From contig CAIQCB010000021.1 of NCBI GenBank assembly GCA_903870245.1, positions 38,088-102,087 on the forward strand: 64,000 bases of DNA, written 5' to 3'. This document shows, piece after piece, positions 18,366 to 28,940 of the stretch; position 1 is the first letter of the stretch; the number at the start of each line of letters is the position of its first letter. The position numbers and the translations under genes were made by a program. Under the pieces are notes generated by a model, which was given only the letters and a program-made list of their open reading frames with translations, searched no databases and had not been told where the DNA came from. The DNA comes from an uncultured Methylocystaceae bacterium (lineage in GTDB: Bacteria; Pseudomonadota; Alphaproteobacteria; Rhizobiales; Beijerinckiaceae).

Positions 18366-19667
18366 ATGTTGCCGAACAAATCGTTCGTCTTAACGAACGC
18401 GGAACCCGCTCCGGCGTGGGCAGACAGGGCGCCACGGCTCCCCGCAGAGGTCGCATTGAGCAATAGTTCGCAGTCGCTGTCGCCGGGGCCCGTGGTCGAC
18501 GCCGCGCCTCCGGTCTGCCGGCCCGATGTTTTGGCCGCAGGGAAAATCGCGACATTTCCGCTGGATCGACCGCTCTTGACCGACGGCGGCGGATCGATCG
18601 CCCCCTTGACCATCGGCTACGAGACCTTCGGCGCGCTCAACGCCGACCGCAGCAACGCAATCCTGCTCTGTCATGCCCTCACCGGCGATCAATACGCCGC
18701 AGGCGTCAACCCGGTGACCGGAAAGCCGGGCTGGTGGGAGGCGATGGTCGGCCCGGGCAAACCCTTCGACACCGACCGCTATTTTCTGATCTGCTCCAAC
18801 GTCATCGGCGGCTGCATGGGATCGACGGGGCCCGCCTCTGTCAATCCCTCGACAGGCAGACCCTACGGTCTCGATTTTCCGGTCGTGACCATCCGCGACA
18901 TGGTTCGCGCGCAGGCGATGCTTGTCGATCATCTTGGAATCGATACGCTGTTTTGCGTTGCCGGCGGCTCTATGGGCGGCATGCAGGTGCTGCAATGGGC
19001 GGCGAGTTATCCCGACCGGGTATTCGCCGCCATGCCCATCGCCACGGCGGCGAAACATTCGGCGCAAAACATCGCTTTTCACGAGGTTGGGCGTCAGGCG
19101 GTGATGGCCGATCCCGACTGGCGCGGCGGCCGCTATCTTGAACAGGGCGTGCGCCCCGAGAAGGGCCTCGCCGTCGCGCGCATGTCCGCGCACATCACCT
19201 ATCTCTCGGAGGCGGCGCTGCAACGTAAATTCGGCCGCAAGCTTCAGGATCGCAGCGCCCCGACCTTTTCCTTCGATGCCGATTTTCAGGTCGAGAATTA
19301 TTTGCGCTATCAGGGGCTTGCCTTCGTCGAACGATTCGACGCCAACTCCTATCTATTCGTCACGCGCGCCTGTGATTATTTCGACCTCGGCGCCGATTAC
19401 GGCGGTTCGCTGGCGCGCGCCTTCAAGGACACGAAAACCCGATTCTGCGTCGTCGCCTTCGACTCGGACTGGCTTTATCCGACGTCAGACTCGCGCGCCA
19501 TCGTCCATGCGCTGAACGCTGGCGGCGCTTCGGTGTCATTCGTCGAAATCGACTCGGACAAGGGACACGACGCCTTCCTGTTGCATGAACCGATGTTCAT
19601 CGCCACGACGCGCGGTTTTCTCGAGTCCGCCGCCGCCGCGCGCGGCCTGAAAGAAGCGCGCGCATGA
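18366..19667 (+). CDS. metX: Homoserine O-acetyltransferase MetX
   Basis: Core motifs [13 protein letters not shown], the GGSMGGMQ nucleophile elbow, and DSDWLYP...GHDAFL. The start is uncertain: ATG 18366 gives about 60 low-complexity residues before the conserved core, and in-frame GTG 18492 would give a more typical length. Confidence 0.9.
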   Translation: MLPNKSFVLTNAEPAPAWADRAPRLPAEVALSNSSQSLSPGPVVDAAPPVCRPDVLAAGKIATFPLDRPLLTDGGGSIAPLTIGYETFGALNADRSNAILLCHALTGDQYAAGVNPVTGKPGWWEAMVGPGKPFDTDRYFLICSNVIGGCMGSTGPASVNPSTGRPYGLDFPVVTIRDMVRAQAMLVDHLGIDTLFCVAGGSMGGMQVLQWAASYPDRVFAAMPIATAAKHSAQNIAFHEVGRQAVMADPDWRGGRYLEQGVRPEKGLAVARMSAHITYLSEAALQRKFGRKLQDRSAPTFSFDADFQVENYLRYQGLAFVERFDANSYLFVTRACDYFDLGADYGGSLARAFKDTKTRFCVVAFDSDWLYPTSDSRAIVHALNAGGASVSFVEIDSDKGHDAFLLHEPMFIATTRGFLESAAAARGLKEARA

Positions 19668-20296
19668 GCCTCGTCTCCGCTAAACCGCGCCGCGATCTCG
19701 CTCTGATCGCCGATCTTGTGGAGCCAGGGTCGCGCGTTCTCGATGTCGGCTGTGGCGACGGCGCATTGCTGCAATTGCTGGCCGAGCAAAAAAACGTCGA
19801 TGGCCGCGGTGTCGAGTTGTCGCAGCGCGGCGTTAATGAATGTGTGGCGAAAGGTCTGTCCGTCATCCAGGGCGACGCCGACGCCGACCTTGTGGATTAT
19901 CCTGACGATGGTTTCGATTATGTGATCCTGTCGCAGACTCTGCAGGCGACGCGCCAGCCGCAGGCGGTGTTGCGCAACATGCTGCGCATCGGCCGGCGCG
20001 CGATTGTGTCATTTCCGAATTTCGGCCATTGGCGCGTGCGTGCGCAACTTGCTTTTCTGGGGCGCATGCCGGTCACTGGAAATTTGTCCTACAGTTGGCA
20101 CGATACGCCCAATATTCATCTGTGCACGATCCGCGACTTCGTCGAACTTGTCGGGGCCCTCGACGCCTATATCGTCCGCGGCGCGGCGTTGGACCGCAAC
20201 GGTGCGCCGATCCGCGTGAATGCGCCCTGGTGGGTGTGGAATTTGATGGGCGAACAGGCTGTTTTTCTACTCGAACGATCCGCCGCCGGCCCATAA
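19664..20296 (+). CDS. metW: Methionine biosynthesis protein MetW
   Basis: 210 aa with an ATGA overlap on the metX stop. [15 protein letters not shown]-methyltransferase-like motif, QGDADADL, and [11 protein letters not shown] typical of MetW. Confidence 0.9.
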   Translation: MSLVSAKPRRDLALIADLVEPGSRVLDVGCGDGALLQLLAEQKNVDGRGVELSQRGVNECVAKGLSVIQGDADADLVDYPDDGFDYVILSQTLQATRQPQAVLRNMLRIGRRAIVSFPNFGHWRVRAQLAFLGRMPVTGNLSYSWHDTPNIHLCTIRDFVELVGALDAYIVRGAALDRNGAPIRVNAPWWVWNLMGEQAVFLLERSAAGP

Positions 20297-20503
20297 AGGG
20301 AATGGCCGGCCCCGCCATGCGACGGTTTGTCCCGCCGGGCCCGCTTTCACCATCCGCGCATTCGCGTTAGCGTGGATTCAGTCAAGTTATTTGCTTATCC
20401 CAGTTGCGCGTTCGCCTGCGAACATGATCGAACAGCCTTCTGGATTCATGACCCACCACATCAGTCCATGCCGGCAATGGCGCACTGAGGGAGGCGACGG
20501 ACA

Positions 20504-21313
20504 TTGCGTTCCGACCTGAACGATTTAACGATTGGCGCAGGACCGCGAAAGACGCGGTCGACCCGTCGCGGCGATCGTCTGAAGATCGCCGAGGCCTTTT
20601 CATTGCGTGATTTGCCCCTCTTCGCCAGCGTCGACGAAGAGACTCTCTCTGCTCTTGCGCTCGAAGCGAAAGTGGAGACCTGCGAGTCCGGAACCACGAT
20701 CTTTCGTCAGGGCGATCCAATCGCCTCCATTGTGGCGGTGATTAAAGGCTACGTGAAGCTTTTGCGGATTGCGCCGGGCGGCGACGAAACCCTGATCGCC
20801 ATACGAGCGAATGGCGAAACCATCGTCGATCCCGTTATGGGGCCGGAGGAGACATGCGGCGTCTCCGCCGAGACGATCGGCCCCGCCACCATCATCAAAG
20901 TGCCGGCGGCGCGTTTTGCGCGTCTTGCCCGCGAGTCGGCGGGTCTGGGCGCGGCGGTGGCGCTGGACGCCACCAGAAGGATCGCTGCTCTGGTCAGCGA
21001 GATCGAGGCGCTGAAATCCCAGAACGCCGATCTTCGGCTGGCGCATTTCATATTGTCACTCTGTCCTCCCGGCGAGGAACAATGTCGGTTTCGCCTGCCA
21101 TACGACAAGCGGCTGATCGCAGCCCTGCTGGGCGTCAAGCAGGAAACCCTCTCGCGAGCTTTCGCCAAATTGCGCGAACATGGCGTGCGCACGGAGACCC
21201 GTGACATTGTCGTCGATAGCGTGGCTCGTCTTGTCGTTCAGTGCGAACATCTCGGACGCGCGACCCCTCTGCCGGAGCGAACCGGCCGATTGACCCGCGA
21301 CGACGCAGCCTGA
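20504..21313 (+). CDS. Crp/Fnr family transcriptional regulator (FixK-like, no N-terminal Cys cluster)
   Basis: cNMP-binding-like beta-barrel (LFASVDEETL...IFRQGDP...VIKGYVKL) and a C-terminal HTH with QETLSRAFAKLREHGV (E--SR recognition-helix signature). The TTG start is taken from the ORF track and the N-terminus is uncertain. Confidence 0.8.
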   Translation: MRSDLNDLTIGAGPRKTRSTRRGDRLKIAEAFSLRDLPLFASVDEETLSALALEAKVETCESGTTIFRQGDPIASIVAVIKGYVKLLRIAPGGDETLIAIRANGETIVDPVMGPEETCGVSAETIGPATIIKVPAARFARLARESAGLGAAVALDATRRIAALVSEIEALKSQNADLRLAHFILSLCPPGEEQCRFRLPYDKRLIAALLGVKQETLSRAFAKLREHGVRTETRDIVVDSVARLVVQCEHLGRATPLPERTGRLTRDDAA

Positions 21314-21421
21314 CCTGTCGCGACGCCTGTGCGTTGCGGGCGACATGGACATCGCTTCATCAAGATCGTATGAGGCCGTCGCATCATTCCGGATGCGTTC
21401 GCGAATACGCAGGGATCGCCG

Positions 21422-21781
21422 ATGTCCGAGACAGCAATGACGATATTCGTCTGTGGTTCCTGCAAGTCGGGCGATGATGGCGACGCCCGACCAGGGCAGC
21501 GGCTGATCGAGGCGCTGTCATCGCGTCTCGCAGGACCGGGAAGCGGGATCGAACTGCGATCCGTCGATTGTCTGGCCGTGTGCAAGCGACCGGCGACGAT
21601 CTCCTTTGTCGCGCCGGGCAAATGGACTTATGTCATCGGCGACATCGACGTCGATGCGCATATCGACGATGTCATCTCCGCTGCGCGCGCCTACGCTGAA
21701 AGCGAGACGGGCGTAGTGGCGTGGAAGCAGCGGCCGATGTTTTTCCGCAAGGGCGTCATCGGCCGTGTGCCGCCGCTTTGA
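21422..21781 (+). CDS. DUF1636-like metal-binding (thioredoxin-like ferredoxin fold) protein
   Basis: 119 aa. IFVCGSCK ... VDCLAVCKRPATISF ... KWTYVIGD resembles the DUF1636 family Cys pattern. Confidence 0.65.
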   Translation: MSETAMTIFVCGSCKSGDDGDARPGQRLIEALSSRLAGPGSGIELRSVDCLAVCKRPATISFVAPGKWTYVIGDIDVDAHIDDVISAARAYAESETGVVAWKQRPMFFRKGVIGRVPPL

Positions 21782-21802
21782 ACCAGCAGCGAATGAAATC
21801 GT

Positions 21803-22336
21803 CTATTTGGCGTTTTTCGCGCGATCGATAGCTTCAGTGATCAGTTGGCGGGCGGCGGCGGCGTCGCCCCAGCCTGCGATCCTTGCCCATTTTTTGGGTT
21901 CGAGATCCTTGTAGTGCACAAAGAAATGCTCGATGCGCCGCCAGGTCATCTCCTGAAGATCGGTGTATTCGTGAACATCGACATATCGCGGCGTCAATCG
22001 TGATGAAGGCACGGCGATGATTTTCTCGTCGCCGCCCGCCTCGTCCTCCATGCGCAATACGCCAATCGGCCGCGCCGACATCACTGCGCCGGGCGCAATC
22101 GGACGCGTGTTGGCGATCAGGACGTCACAGGGATCGCCGTCATCGGAAAGCGTGTGGGGGATGAAGCCGTAATTTCCCGGATAGCGCATCGCGGTGTAGA
22201 GAAAACGGTCGACGAACAAAGTCCCGGACGCCTTGTCGAGTTCATATTTGATCGGTTCGCCGCCAAGCGGCACTTCGACCACCACATTGACTTCATGTGG
22301 CGGGTTATCCCCGATCGAGATGGCGTCGAGGCGCAT
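21803..22336 (-). CDS. ppa: Inorganic pyrophosphatase (family I)
   Basis: Start at [23 protein letters not shown]. Motifs [22 protein letters not shown] and DEKIIAVP. Confidence 0.95.
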   Translation of the reverse strand: MRLDAISIGDNPPHEVNVVVEVPLGGEPIKYELDKASGTLFVDRFLYTAMRYPGNYGFIPHTLSDDGDPCDVLIANTRPIAPGAVMSARPIGVLRMEDEAGGDEKIIAVPSSRLTPRYVDVHEYTDLQEMTWRRIEHFFVHYKDLEPKKWARIAGWGDAAAARQLITEAIDRAKNAK

Positions 22337-22447
22337 GCTGGCCGCTCCTTTCGATTGTTCGGCGACGCGAGGCAGGACCCCGCCGCTCAATGACCTGCAT
22401 AACCGATTCGCATGGAAGGTCGGAAAGGCTTCTTGAACTCGCGCAGC

Positions 22448-23344
22448 TCAGGGCGTTGGCGCGGCGACTTGCGCCGCGACCTGCGCGGCGGCGCGTTCGG
22501 CGGCTTCTTGCATGGCGTCCGGCGGCAGCGGCCCAACCAGCACAAAGGCGAAATCCGCCGCCCGCCACTCGATCGCGGTAACGCCGAAGCCGCCTTTCGG
22601 CGCAGGCGGGGCAACAGCGAAGACGGCGCGCTCGAAATAAAGACCGATCCGCCCGCCATCGGCGCGCTCGTAAATCAGGAAACCCGCCGGCCCCGAGGCG
22701 CCGGGAACGATCCGTCCCCCGAGAAGATGGAGATTCAGCGTCGAGAGGTCGGGTATGCGCGAGAAGCCAACGCGGGTCTTGAGTCGGTCGGCAAGTTCGT
22801 CCCGACGAGCGGCGTCGAATTCAACCGGATGGGCGTCGACCGTATAGGTCGCGTAGGTTAGTCCGGCGCGCGACACATAGCCCTGCGTAAAAGCGCCGAC
22901 AACCGGCCCGGGCGGAGCCGCGCTGCGGCCGCTGGCGAAGACGAAAGCAGCCAGTCCCGCCAGCGCCAGGCCCGAAACAAGCAGCAGGGCTGAGATCAAC
23001 ATCGCCTGACGTCGTTGTCGGACCCGCAAGTCCTCAATGCGACGGGGACGCGGCGTCGCCCCCGGACGGCCCCAGTGAGTAGCCCCGGTTTCGATCGGTC
23101 CCGGCGTCTGGGTGGCTGCGCGAGTCGCGGCGGTTCTCAGGGAGAGCGGCGGCGTTTCGAGCGCAATCGGCTCGAAAGCGGCGCGCAAGGCGGCGTTCTG
23201 GCGCCGCCAGGTCTCGACCAGCATTGCGTCGGCCGGGTTGATCAAGAGATGATCCTCGACCCGACGACGATGATCTGGATCGAGTTCGCCGTCGACTAAC
23301 GCGTGCAAATCGGTTTCATCGATGTAGGTCGGGAGCGAGGTCAC
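22448..23344 (-). CDS. Anti-sigma factor (single-pass membrane, RskA/ChrR-like N-terminal anti-sigma domain)
   Basis: N-terminal DLHALVDGELDPDHRRRVEDHL...WRRQNAAL pattern, a central TM segment (MLISALLLVSGLALAGLAAFVFA), and a position 8 bp downstream of a sigma-factor gene. Confidence 0.7.
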   Translation of the reverse strand: MTSLPTYIDETDLHALVDGELDPDHRRRVEDHLLINPADAMLVETWRRQNAALRAAFEPIALETPPLSLRTAATRAATQTPGPIETGATHWGRPGATPRPRRIEDLRVRQRRQAMLISALLLVSGLALAGLAAFVFASGRSAAPPGPVVGAFTQGYVSRAGLTYATYTVDAHPVEFDAARRDELADRLKTRVGFSRIPDLSTLNLHLLGGRIVPGASGPAGFLIYERADGGRIGLYFERAVFAVAPPAPKGGFGVTAIEWRAADFAFVLVGPLPPDAMQEAAERAAAQVAAQVAAPTP

Positions 23345-23351
23345 GTAGCGC

Positions 23352-23855
23352 CTATTTCACAATGCGCAAATGCGGCGCTTGCGGGTGCGGACGCGGCGTA
23401 TCAGCCGACTGAGTCGCGGGGACGTCGCCCGACAGCGATCGTCGCGCACGCCGAAGCCATTCCATCACGTTGTCGCGCGGGGCGCCAACAATCCGGGCGA
23501 CGGCGTCATAGCCAAAACCTTCCAGCGAAATCAGCAACAGGACAGCGCGCTCCTCGAAGGGCAGTGCGGCGAGGCCATGAACGATCGGGGGATGGCGGGG
23601 GCCGGGGGGAGGCGCATCAAGGCTCTTTCGGGCCGCGAGAGCCGTCAGGGCGATGTAACTCTCAAGCCGCGCTTCCTCCGGACCGGCCGGCCGCAATTCT
23701 CGCGCGTATAGTCTCGCCCCGACGCTCTGCAACGCGCTTTGGACGAGGCCATCGGCCACGGCGGCCGCGGCTCCGGCGCCAATCGCCCGGGCGTAACGGC
23801 GCAGGCCGGGCGTCGCCTCCGATAAAGCGGCTAGAATTTCACTGTTGAGGCGCAT
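23352..23855 (-). CDS. ECF-type sigma-70 family sigma factor (short, divergent region 2)
   Basis: 167 aa. Region 4 HTH: LPFEERAVLLLISLEGFGYDAVARIVGAPRDNVMEWLRRARRSL. Paired with the downstream anti-sigma gene. Confidence 0.7.
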   Translation of the reverse strand: MRLNSEILAALSEATPGLRRYARAIGAGAAAAVADGLVQSALQSVGARLYARELRPAGPEEARLESYIALTALAARKSLDAPPPGPRHPPIVHGLAALPFEERAVLLLISLEGFGYDAVARIVGAPRDNVMEWLRRARRSLSGDVPATQSADTPRPHPQAPHLRIVK

Positions 23856-23886
23856 AGGCGGGAATACAGTCGATCGAGTGATAAAT

Positions 23887-23916
23887 ACTATAGCAATATA
23901 GGTAAAAGCGCTGCAA
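23887..23916 (-). promoter_or_regulatory. Candidate sigma70-type promoter of the sigma/anti-sigma operon (TTGCAG-N18-TATAGT on the minus strand)
   Basis: Complement of 23911-23916 is TTGCAG and complement of 23887-23892 is TATAGT, about 30 nt upstream of the ATG at 23855. Pattern match only. Confidence 0.25.
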
Positions 23917-24064
23917 CATCCAAGACCTTTCCGCTCCCACGCAGGCGGTTTTTACCCGCAGTCCGCGAGCGCTTCCGGCCCGGAGACGTGGCCTACGTGG
24001 GCCCTGGGAGGGTTTCAATCCGTAACAAACCGCGCTAAAGGGCCCGCAGCTTCGCTCTTGAGAT

Positions 24065-24940
24065 ATGGACACGCCCGAGATGACACAGCCTGCCGCGCCC
24101 GCCCCTTTCGCTGGAGTTCTTGCTGGCAAAAAAGGCCTCATCCTCGGCATCGCCAATAATCGCTCGATCGCCTGGGGGATTGCCAAGGCGGCCTCAGACG
24201 CCGGGGCAGAACTCGCGCTGACCTATCAGATCGATGCGCTGGAGAAGAGGATCAAGCCGCTGGCGGCGGAACTCGGCGCCCATGTCGTTGGTCGTTGCGA
24301 CGTTTCGGAGCCCGAGACCATCGACGCAATCTTCGCTGAGGTCGAGAAATTGTGGGGCAAGCTTGATTTCGTTGTGCACTGTCTCGCCTTCTCGGACAAG
24401 GATCAGCTTGACGGCCGTTACGTCGACACCACCGCCGAAAACTTCAGCCAGACGATGCTGGTGTCCTGCTTTTCCTTCACCGCGCTGGCGCAACGCGCCG
24501 AGAAGCTGATGACAGAAGGCGGCTCGCTGCTGACTCTCTCATATTACGGCGCCGAGAAATGGATGCCGCATTACAATGTCATGGGCGTCGCCAAGGCCGC
24601 TCTGGAGGCGTCGGTGCGTTATCTCGCCGCCGATCTCGGACAGAAGAACATTCGCGTCAACGCCATTTCAGCTGGCCCGATCAAGACTGTGGCGGCCTCG
24701 GGCATTGGCGATTTCCGCTATATTCTGCGCTGGAACGAATATAACGCGCCGCTGAGGCGCGTCGTCAGCATCGAAGAGGTCGGGGAAACGGCGGTTTATT
24801 TGTTGTCGTCGATGTCTCGCGGCGTTTCCGGCGAAATTCTTCATGTCGACGCCGGTTATCATGTCGTAGGCATGATGAACCCCGCCGCCGCGCCAAAGAT
24901 GGCTGATCTTCTGGCCTTGCTGCCGCAGGATCCGAAATAG
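24065..24940 (+). CDS. fabI: Enoyl-[acyl-carrier-protein] reductase (NADH) FabI
   Basis: GKKGLILGIANNRSIAWGIAKA, YNVMGVAKAALEASVRYLA (Y-x6-K), and RVNAISAGPIKT. The start may lie a few codons downstream. Confidence 0.93.
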   Translation: MDTPEMTQPAAPAPFAGVLAGKKGLILGIANNRSIAWGIAKAASDAGAELALTYQIDALEKRIKPLAAELGAHVVGRCDVSEPETIDAIFAEVEKLWGKLDFVVHCLAFSDKDQLDGRYVDTTAENFSQTMLVSCFSFTALAQRAEKLMTEGGSLLTLSYYGAEKWMPHYNVMGVAKAALEASVRYLAADLGQKNIRVNAISAGPIKTVAASGIGDFRYILRWNEYNAPLRRVVSIEEVGETAVYLLSSMSRGVSGEILHVDAGYHVVGMMNPAAAPKMADLLALLPQDPK

Positions 24941-24971
24941 GCCGCGCCGTCGTCGTCCTGCTCATTCGCAA

Positions 24972-26147
24972 ATGCGCGAGTCGCGTCGTCTTCAGGCCGT
25001 TCAGACGCCGATCATTCCGGTAATCGCGGAACTGATCCGCCAGAATCCGGGAACGATTTCGCTAGGTCAGGGCGTCGTCAATTATGCCCCGCCGCCGCAG
25101 GCGCTGGCGGCGATCGCATCTTTCGGGGCCGATTCCGCAAATCACAAATATCAGGCTGCGGCTGGCTCGTCGGCGTTGGTCGCGGCGCTGAGTCAAAAGC
25201 TCGCCGCCGAGAATGGCGTTGCCGTCGGGGCGGCGCATGGCAATCGTCTGATGGCGACGGCCGGCGGCAATCAGGCGTTTTTCAATGTCGCGCTGGCGAT
25301 CCTCGATCCCGGCGACGAGGTGATCCTGCCGACGCCGTATTACTTCAATCACGAAATGGCTATCGTCATGGCCAACGCCCGCGTCGTTCTGGCTCCGACG
25401 GACAAGAATTATCAGCTTGATCTTGAGGCGTTATGCGCGGCGATCACGCCGCGAACCCGCGCCATTGTGACGGTGTCGCCGAATAATCCTTCCGGCGCCG
25501 TCTATCCGGAAACCGATCTGCGCGCCGTCAACGAATTATGCGCCAAGCATGGCCTCTATCATATCAATGACGAGGCCTACGAATATTTCACCTATGATGG
25601 CGCGCGCCATTTCTCGCCGGCTTCGATCTCCGGCGCCGCCGCGCATACCATCACCCTGTATTCAATGTCCAAGGCCTATGGTTTCGCCAGTTGGCGCATC
25701 GGTTGGGCGGTGTATCCGGCGGCCCTCGAAGCCGCGATGACGAAAATTCAGGACACGATCGTCATCTGTCCGCCGGCGATTTCGCAAATGGCGGCGATCG
25801 GGGCGTTAACGGCCGGGCGTGAGTGGGTTTCTGCCCATGTTCGCTCGCTGGCGCAAACGCGTCTGATGGTCCGCGACGAACTCGCGACGCTGGCGCGCGA
25901 GGGACTCGCAGAATGTCCGCCAGCGCAAGGCGCGTTGTATTTTCTCCTGAGGCCGAGAACCGCGCTGGCGCCGCTCGATTATGTACGCCGGCTCATTGGT
26001 GAACATCGCGTCGCTGCGATCCCGGGAGACGCCTTTGGACTGACGCAGGGTTGCGCGCTGCGTGTCGCCTATGGCGCTCTGGACTCCACAACCGCTGCGG
26101 AGGGCGTCGGTCGGCTCGTCGCAGGCGTCAGGGCGTTAGCGCCCTGA
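24972..26147 (+). CDS. Pyridoxal-phosphate-dependent aminotransferase, class I/II
   Basis: 391 aa. SPNNPSGAVY, YSMSKAYGFASWRIG (PLP lysine), and LRVAYG at the C-terminus. Confidence 0.9.
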   Translation: MRESRRLQAVQTPIIPVIAELIRQNPGTISLGQGVVNYAPPPQALAAIASFGADSANHKYQAAAGSSALVAALSQKLAAENGVAVGAAHGNRLMATAGGNQAFFNVALAILDPGDEVILPTPYYFNHEMAIVMANARVVLAPTDKNYQLDLEALCAAITPRTRAIVTVSPNNPSGAVYPETDLRAVNELCAKHGLYHINDEAYEYFTYDGARHFSPASISGAAAHTITLYSMSKAYGFASWRIGWAVYPAALEAAMTKIQDTIVICPPAISQMAAIGALTAGREWVSAHVRSLAQTRLMVRDELATLAREGLAECPPAQGALYFLLRPRTALAPLDYVRRLIGEHRVAAIPGDAFGLTQGCALRVAYGALDSTTAAEGVGRLVAGVRALAP

Positions 26148-26216
26148 AAGGTCGGCGTCTGCATCGGCGCAAGATCGTCGTCCTGCGATGGTCAGGCGCT
26201 TGGCCCTGCCCCCCGC

Positions 26217-27494
26217 TCAGGCGGCTGTTGGCCGGCCAGCCATGGTTACCAGAAGCCCGCCATCGCCCAGAAGCTTTTTTGCCGCGCGTTTGCAGTCTTC
26301 AAGCCCGACGGCGGCGATGCGGCCATTGCGCTCGTCAAGATAGGAAGGCTCGAAACCGTCGAGTTGTAAATTAACCAGTTGACTGGCGATCTTTGTCGAT
26401 GTGTCGAAGCGCAGAGCATAGGAGCCGATCAGATATTTCTTCGCCTTGTCGAGTTCGTCTTCAGTCGGTCCTTGATTGGCGAAATCGCGCACCTGCTCTT
26501 CGATTACGGCGAGGGCTTCTGCGGCGCGCTCGTTGCGGGTGGCGGCCGCGCCGATCAGCATCGGACAATGATCATATTCGTTGAGTTGCGAGTACACGCT
26601 GTAGGCCATGCCGCGTTTTTCTCGCACCTCGCGAAACAATCGTGCGGTGAACGTCCCGCCGCCAAGAATATGATTGGCGACGACGACAGCGAAATAATCA
26701 GGGTCCTGTTTCGTGACGCCCGGTCGGCCGAAACGGATGGTCGTTTGCGGCACATCAAGATCGATCACCTTGCGCAGGCCGACATTAGACACCTCGATGG
26801 CGGGGACGGGCGCGAGATCATTGTCACGGGCGAAGGCGCCAAATGTAGCGTCGAGTTTTCTCGACAGCGTCTGCGCATCAATGGCGCCGACAACGGCGAT
26901 TTTTAAATCCTTTGTCGAGAACAATCGTTCGCGCAGGGCGATCAGATCCTCACGTGTCAGCGTGTCGATGCTGGCCAATGAACCGCGAACTGGACGGCCA
27001 TAGGGATGGTTCGGAAAGGCCGCTTCCCGAAAGGCTTTCGCCGCCATGGCGTCGGGATCGTTGAGGTCGCGCTTCAGTTCCGCAGCGAGCTGATTTCGGA
27101 TGCGCGCAACATCCGTCGCGTCGAGACGCGCGTCAGTCAATGCGAGTTTTAGCATATCGAAGGCTTTGTCGATGTGGCGCGACAATGTTTGCAGATGTCC
27201 CGAGAAGGAATCGCGATCGGCGCCGAAACCAAGATGTATGGCGTGCTCTTCGATTGCCTGGTGAAAACCGCGCGCATCATAGGGGCCGGCGCCCTCATCG
27301 AGCATGCCAGCCAGAAGTGCTGCGACGCCTGGCTTGTCTGCAGGATCCTGCGCGGCGCCGCCGCGCAAGGCGAATTCGACCGCCACCAGAGGGACGGCGT
27401 AGCTCTCGACCAGCCACGCTGTCAGCCCCGTCGGCGTAACGACGCGTTGCACGTTTTCGGCGCGGGAGGCCATGACGACGGCGGGTGCTGACAT
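26217..27494 (-). CDS. M16 family (pitrilysin/insulinase-like) peptidase, non-catalytic-type subunit
   Basis: Start chosen at MSAPAVVMASRAENVQ. It has the M16 two-domain architecture without a clear HxxEH, and is paired with the upstream M16 gene. Confidence 0.85.
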   Translation of the reverse strand: MSAPAVVMASRAENVQRVVTPTGLTAWLVESYAVPLVAVEFALRGGAAQDPADKPGVAALLAGMLDEGAGPYDARGFHQAIEEHAIHLGFGADRDSFSGHLQTLSRHIDKAFDMLKLALTDARLDATDVARIRNQLAAELKRDLNDPDAMAAKAFREAAFPNHPYGRPVRGSLASIDTLTREDLIALRERLFSTKDLKIAVVGAIDAQTLSRKLDATFGAFARDNDLAPVPAIEVSNVGLRKVIDLDVPQTTIRFGRPGVTKQDPDYFAVVVANHILGGGTFTARLFREVREKRGMAYSVYSQLNEYDHCPMLIGAAATRNERAAEALAVIEEQVRDFANQGPTEDELDKAKKYLIGSYALRFDTSTKIASQLVNLQLDGFEPSYLDERNGRIAAVGLEDCKRAAKKLLGDGGLLVTMAGRPTAA

Positions 27495-27538
27495 GTTTTT
27501 TCCAATCGGAGAGTAATGAGTGCGCGGGAAGGATTGCG

Positions 27539-28867
27539 TCAGAGCGGCTGCAGAAAGCCGGTGACGGCGCGTCGTTTGTCCAGCCATTGACGCGCTGCGG
27601 CGGCGACGGCGTCTGCGGTGACCGCTTCCATGCGCGCCGGCCAGGCCTCAACGTCGGCGACAGTGAGGCCGGTGGCCAGGGCCTCGCCATACCAGCGCGC
27701 CAGAGACGCCTGGGAATCCTGCGCATAAACAGCGTCGGCGACGAGCCGTGTCTTGGCGCGTTGCAGATGTGCGGCGTCGACTGGACGATCGACGAAATTC
27801 TGAAGCACATCGTCGATGGCTGCGTCGAGCTGATCAAGTGTCACGTCCGGCGCGGGCGTCGCGAAAACCCAGAAACGCGTATCGTCGACAGCCGATCCGG
27901 CGTAATAGGCGCCGGCGCTCACCGCCAATTTGCGCTCGACGACCAGCGCTTCGTAAAGGGCGCTTGTTGCGCCGCCGCCCAACATGCAGGCGAGCGTTTC
28001 GAGGGCTTCGGCCTCGCCCGGAGCCGCCGTGCGATAGGACGGAACCTTGAACACGCGCTCATGCGCGGGCTGTTCGACTTTTTCGTCGGCGAGCGTCACG
28101 AGACGATGGGCGCGATGCGGCGGCTCCTGCACCCGGCGGCGCTGCGGCGGTTGCGCCCGGGCCGGGATGCGCCCGTAGGTCTCCCTCGCAAGACGCGTGA
28201 CCGTTTCTTCGTCGATATCGCCGGCGACAATGAGTATGGCGTTCTCGGGGGTGTAGAAGCGATTGTAGTAATCGAGCGCATCTTCGCGGCCCAGGCTCTC
28301 GATCTCGTGATTCCAGCCAATGATCGGCGTGCCGTAAGGATGATGCGCATACAGGGCCGCCTGCACGGCTTCATCGAGCTGGGCGGCGGGGTCGCTGTCG
28401 GTGCGCATCCGACGCTCCTCGAGCACAACATCTCGTTCCGGGGTCACAACCTCGTCGGAGAGGAGCAGATTGCACATCCGGTCAGCCTCGAAGCGCATCA
28501 GCGTTTCAAGGTGCTCCTTGCCGATCCGCTGGAAATAGGCGGTATAATCATAACTGGTGAAGGCGTTTTCCTGTCCGCCAAGCTCTGCGACGAGATCGGA
28601 GAATTGGCCCTGCGGATGGTTTTTTGTTCCCTTGAACATCAGATGTTCGAGAAAATGCGCAATGCCCGACTTGCCCGGCGGGTCGTCGGCCGATCCGTTT
28701 TTATACCAAACCATATGCGTGACGACGGGCGTCCTGGCGTCGGGTATGACGACCACTTCGAGGCCATTCTCCAGGCGGCAGTGGGAGACTGCCGCGCCGC
28801 CGCGCGCCGAACCAGCGTCCACGCCGGGCGTGAGAGAAACAGCGGCGCAAGAGGCGGATAAGCGCAT
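27539..28867 (-). CDS. M16 family zinc peptidase (HxxEH inverted zincin motif)
   Basis: 442 aa. GIAHFLEHLMFKGT contains the HxxEH motif, followed by NAFTSYDYTAY. Confidence 0.9.
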   Translation of the reverse strand: MRLSASCAAVSLTPGVDAGSARGGAAVSHCRLENGLEVVVIPDARTPVVTHMVWYKNGSADDPPGKSGIAHFLEHLMFKGTKNHPQGQFSDLVAELGGQENAFTSYDYTAYFQRIGKEHLETLMRFEADRMCNLLLSDEVVTPERDVVLEERRMRTDSDPAAQLDEAVQAALYAHHPYGTPIIGWNHEIESLGREDALDYYNRFYTPENAILIVAGDIDEETVTRLARETYGRIPARAQPPQRRRVQEPPHRAHRLVTLADEKVEQPAHERVFKVPSYRTAAPGEAEALETLACMLGGGATSALYEALVVERKLAVSAGAYYAGSAVDDTRFWVFATPAPDVTLDQLDAAIDDVLQNFVDRPVDAAHLQRAKTRLVADAVYAQDSQASLARWYGEALATGLTVADVEAWPARMEAVTADAVAAAARQWLDKRRAVTGFLQPL

Positions 28868-28940
28868 CTACGACCTTTCTCGCGACCTGCGGCCGCGCAT
28901 CGATGAGAGTCCGAAACCAGAAGTTTATATAGGCCGGATT

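Noticed and set aside
18300-18366. A SAM-II riboswitch immediately upstream of metX.
   Set aside because: I could not find the conserved SAM-II core elements as I remember them. Only generic hairpins are present. It is kept as an open question in the findings rather than called as a feature.
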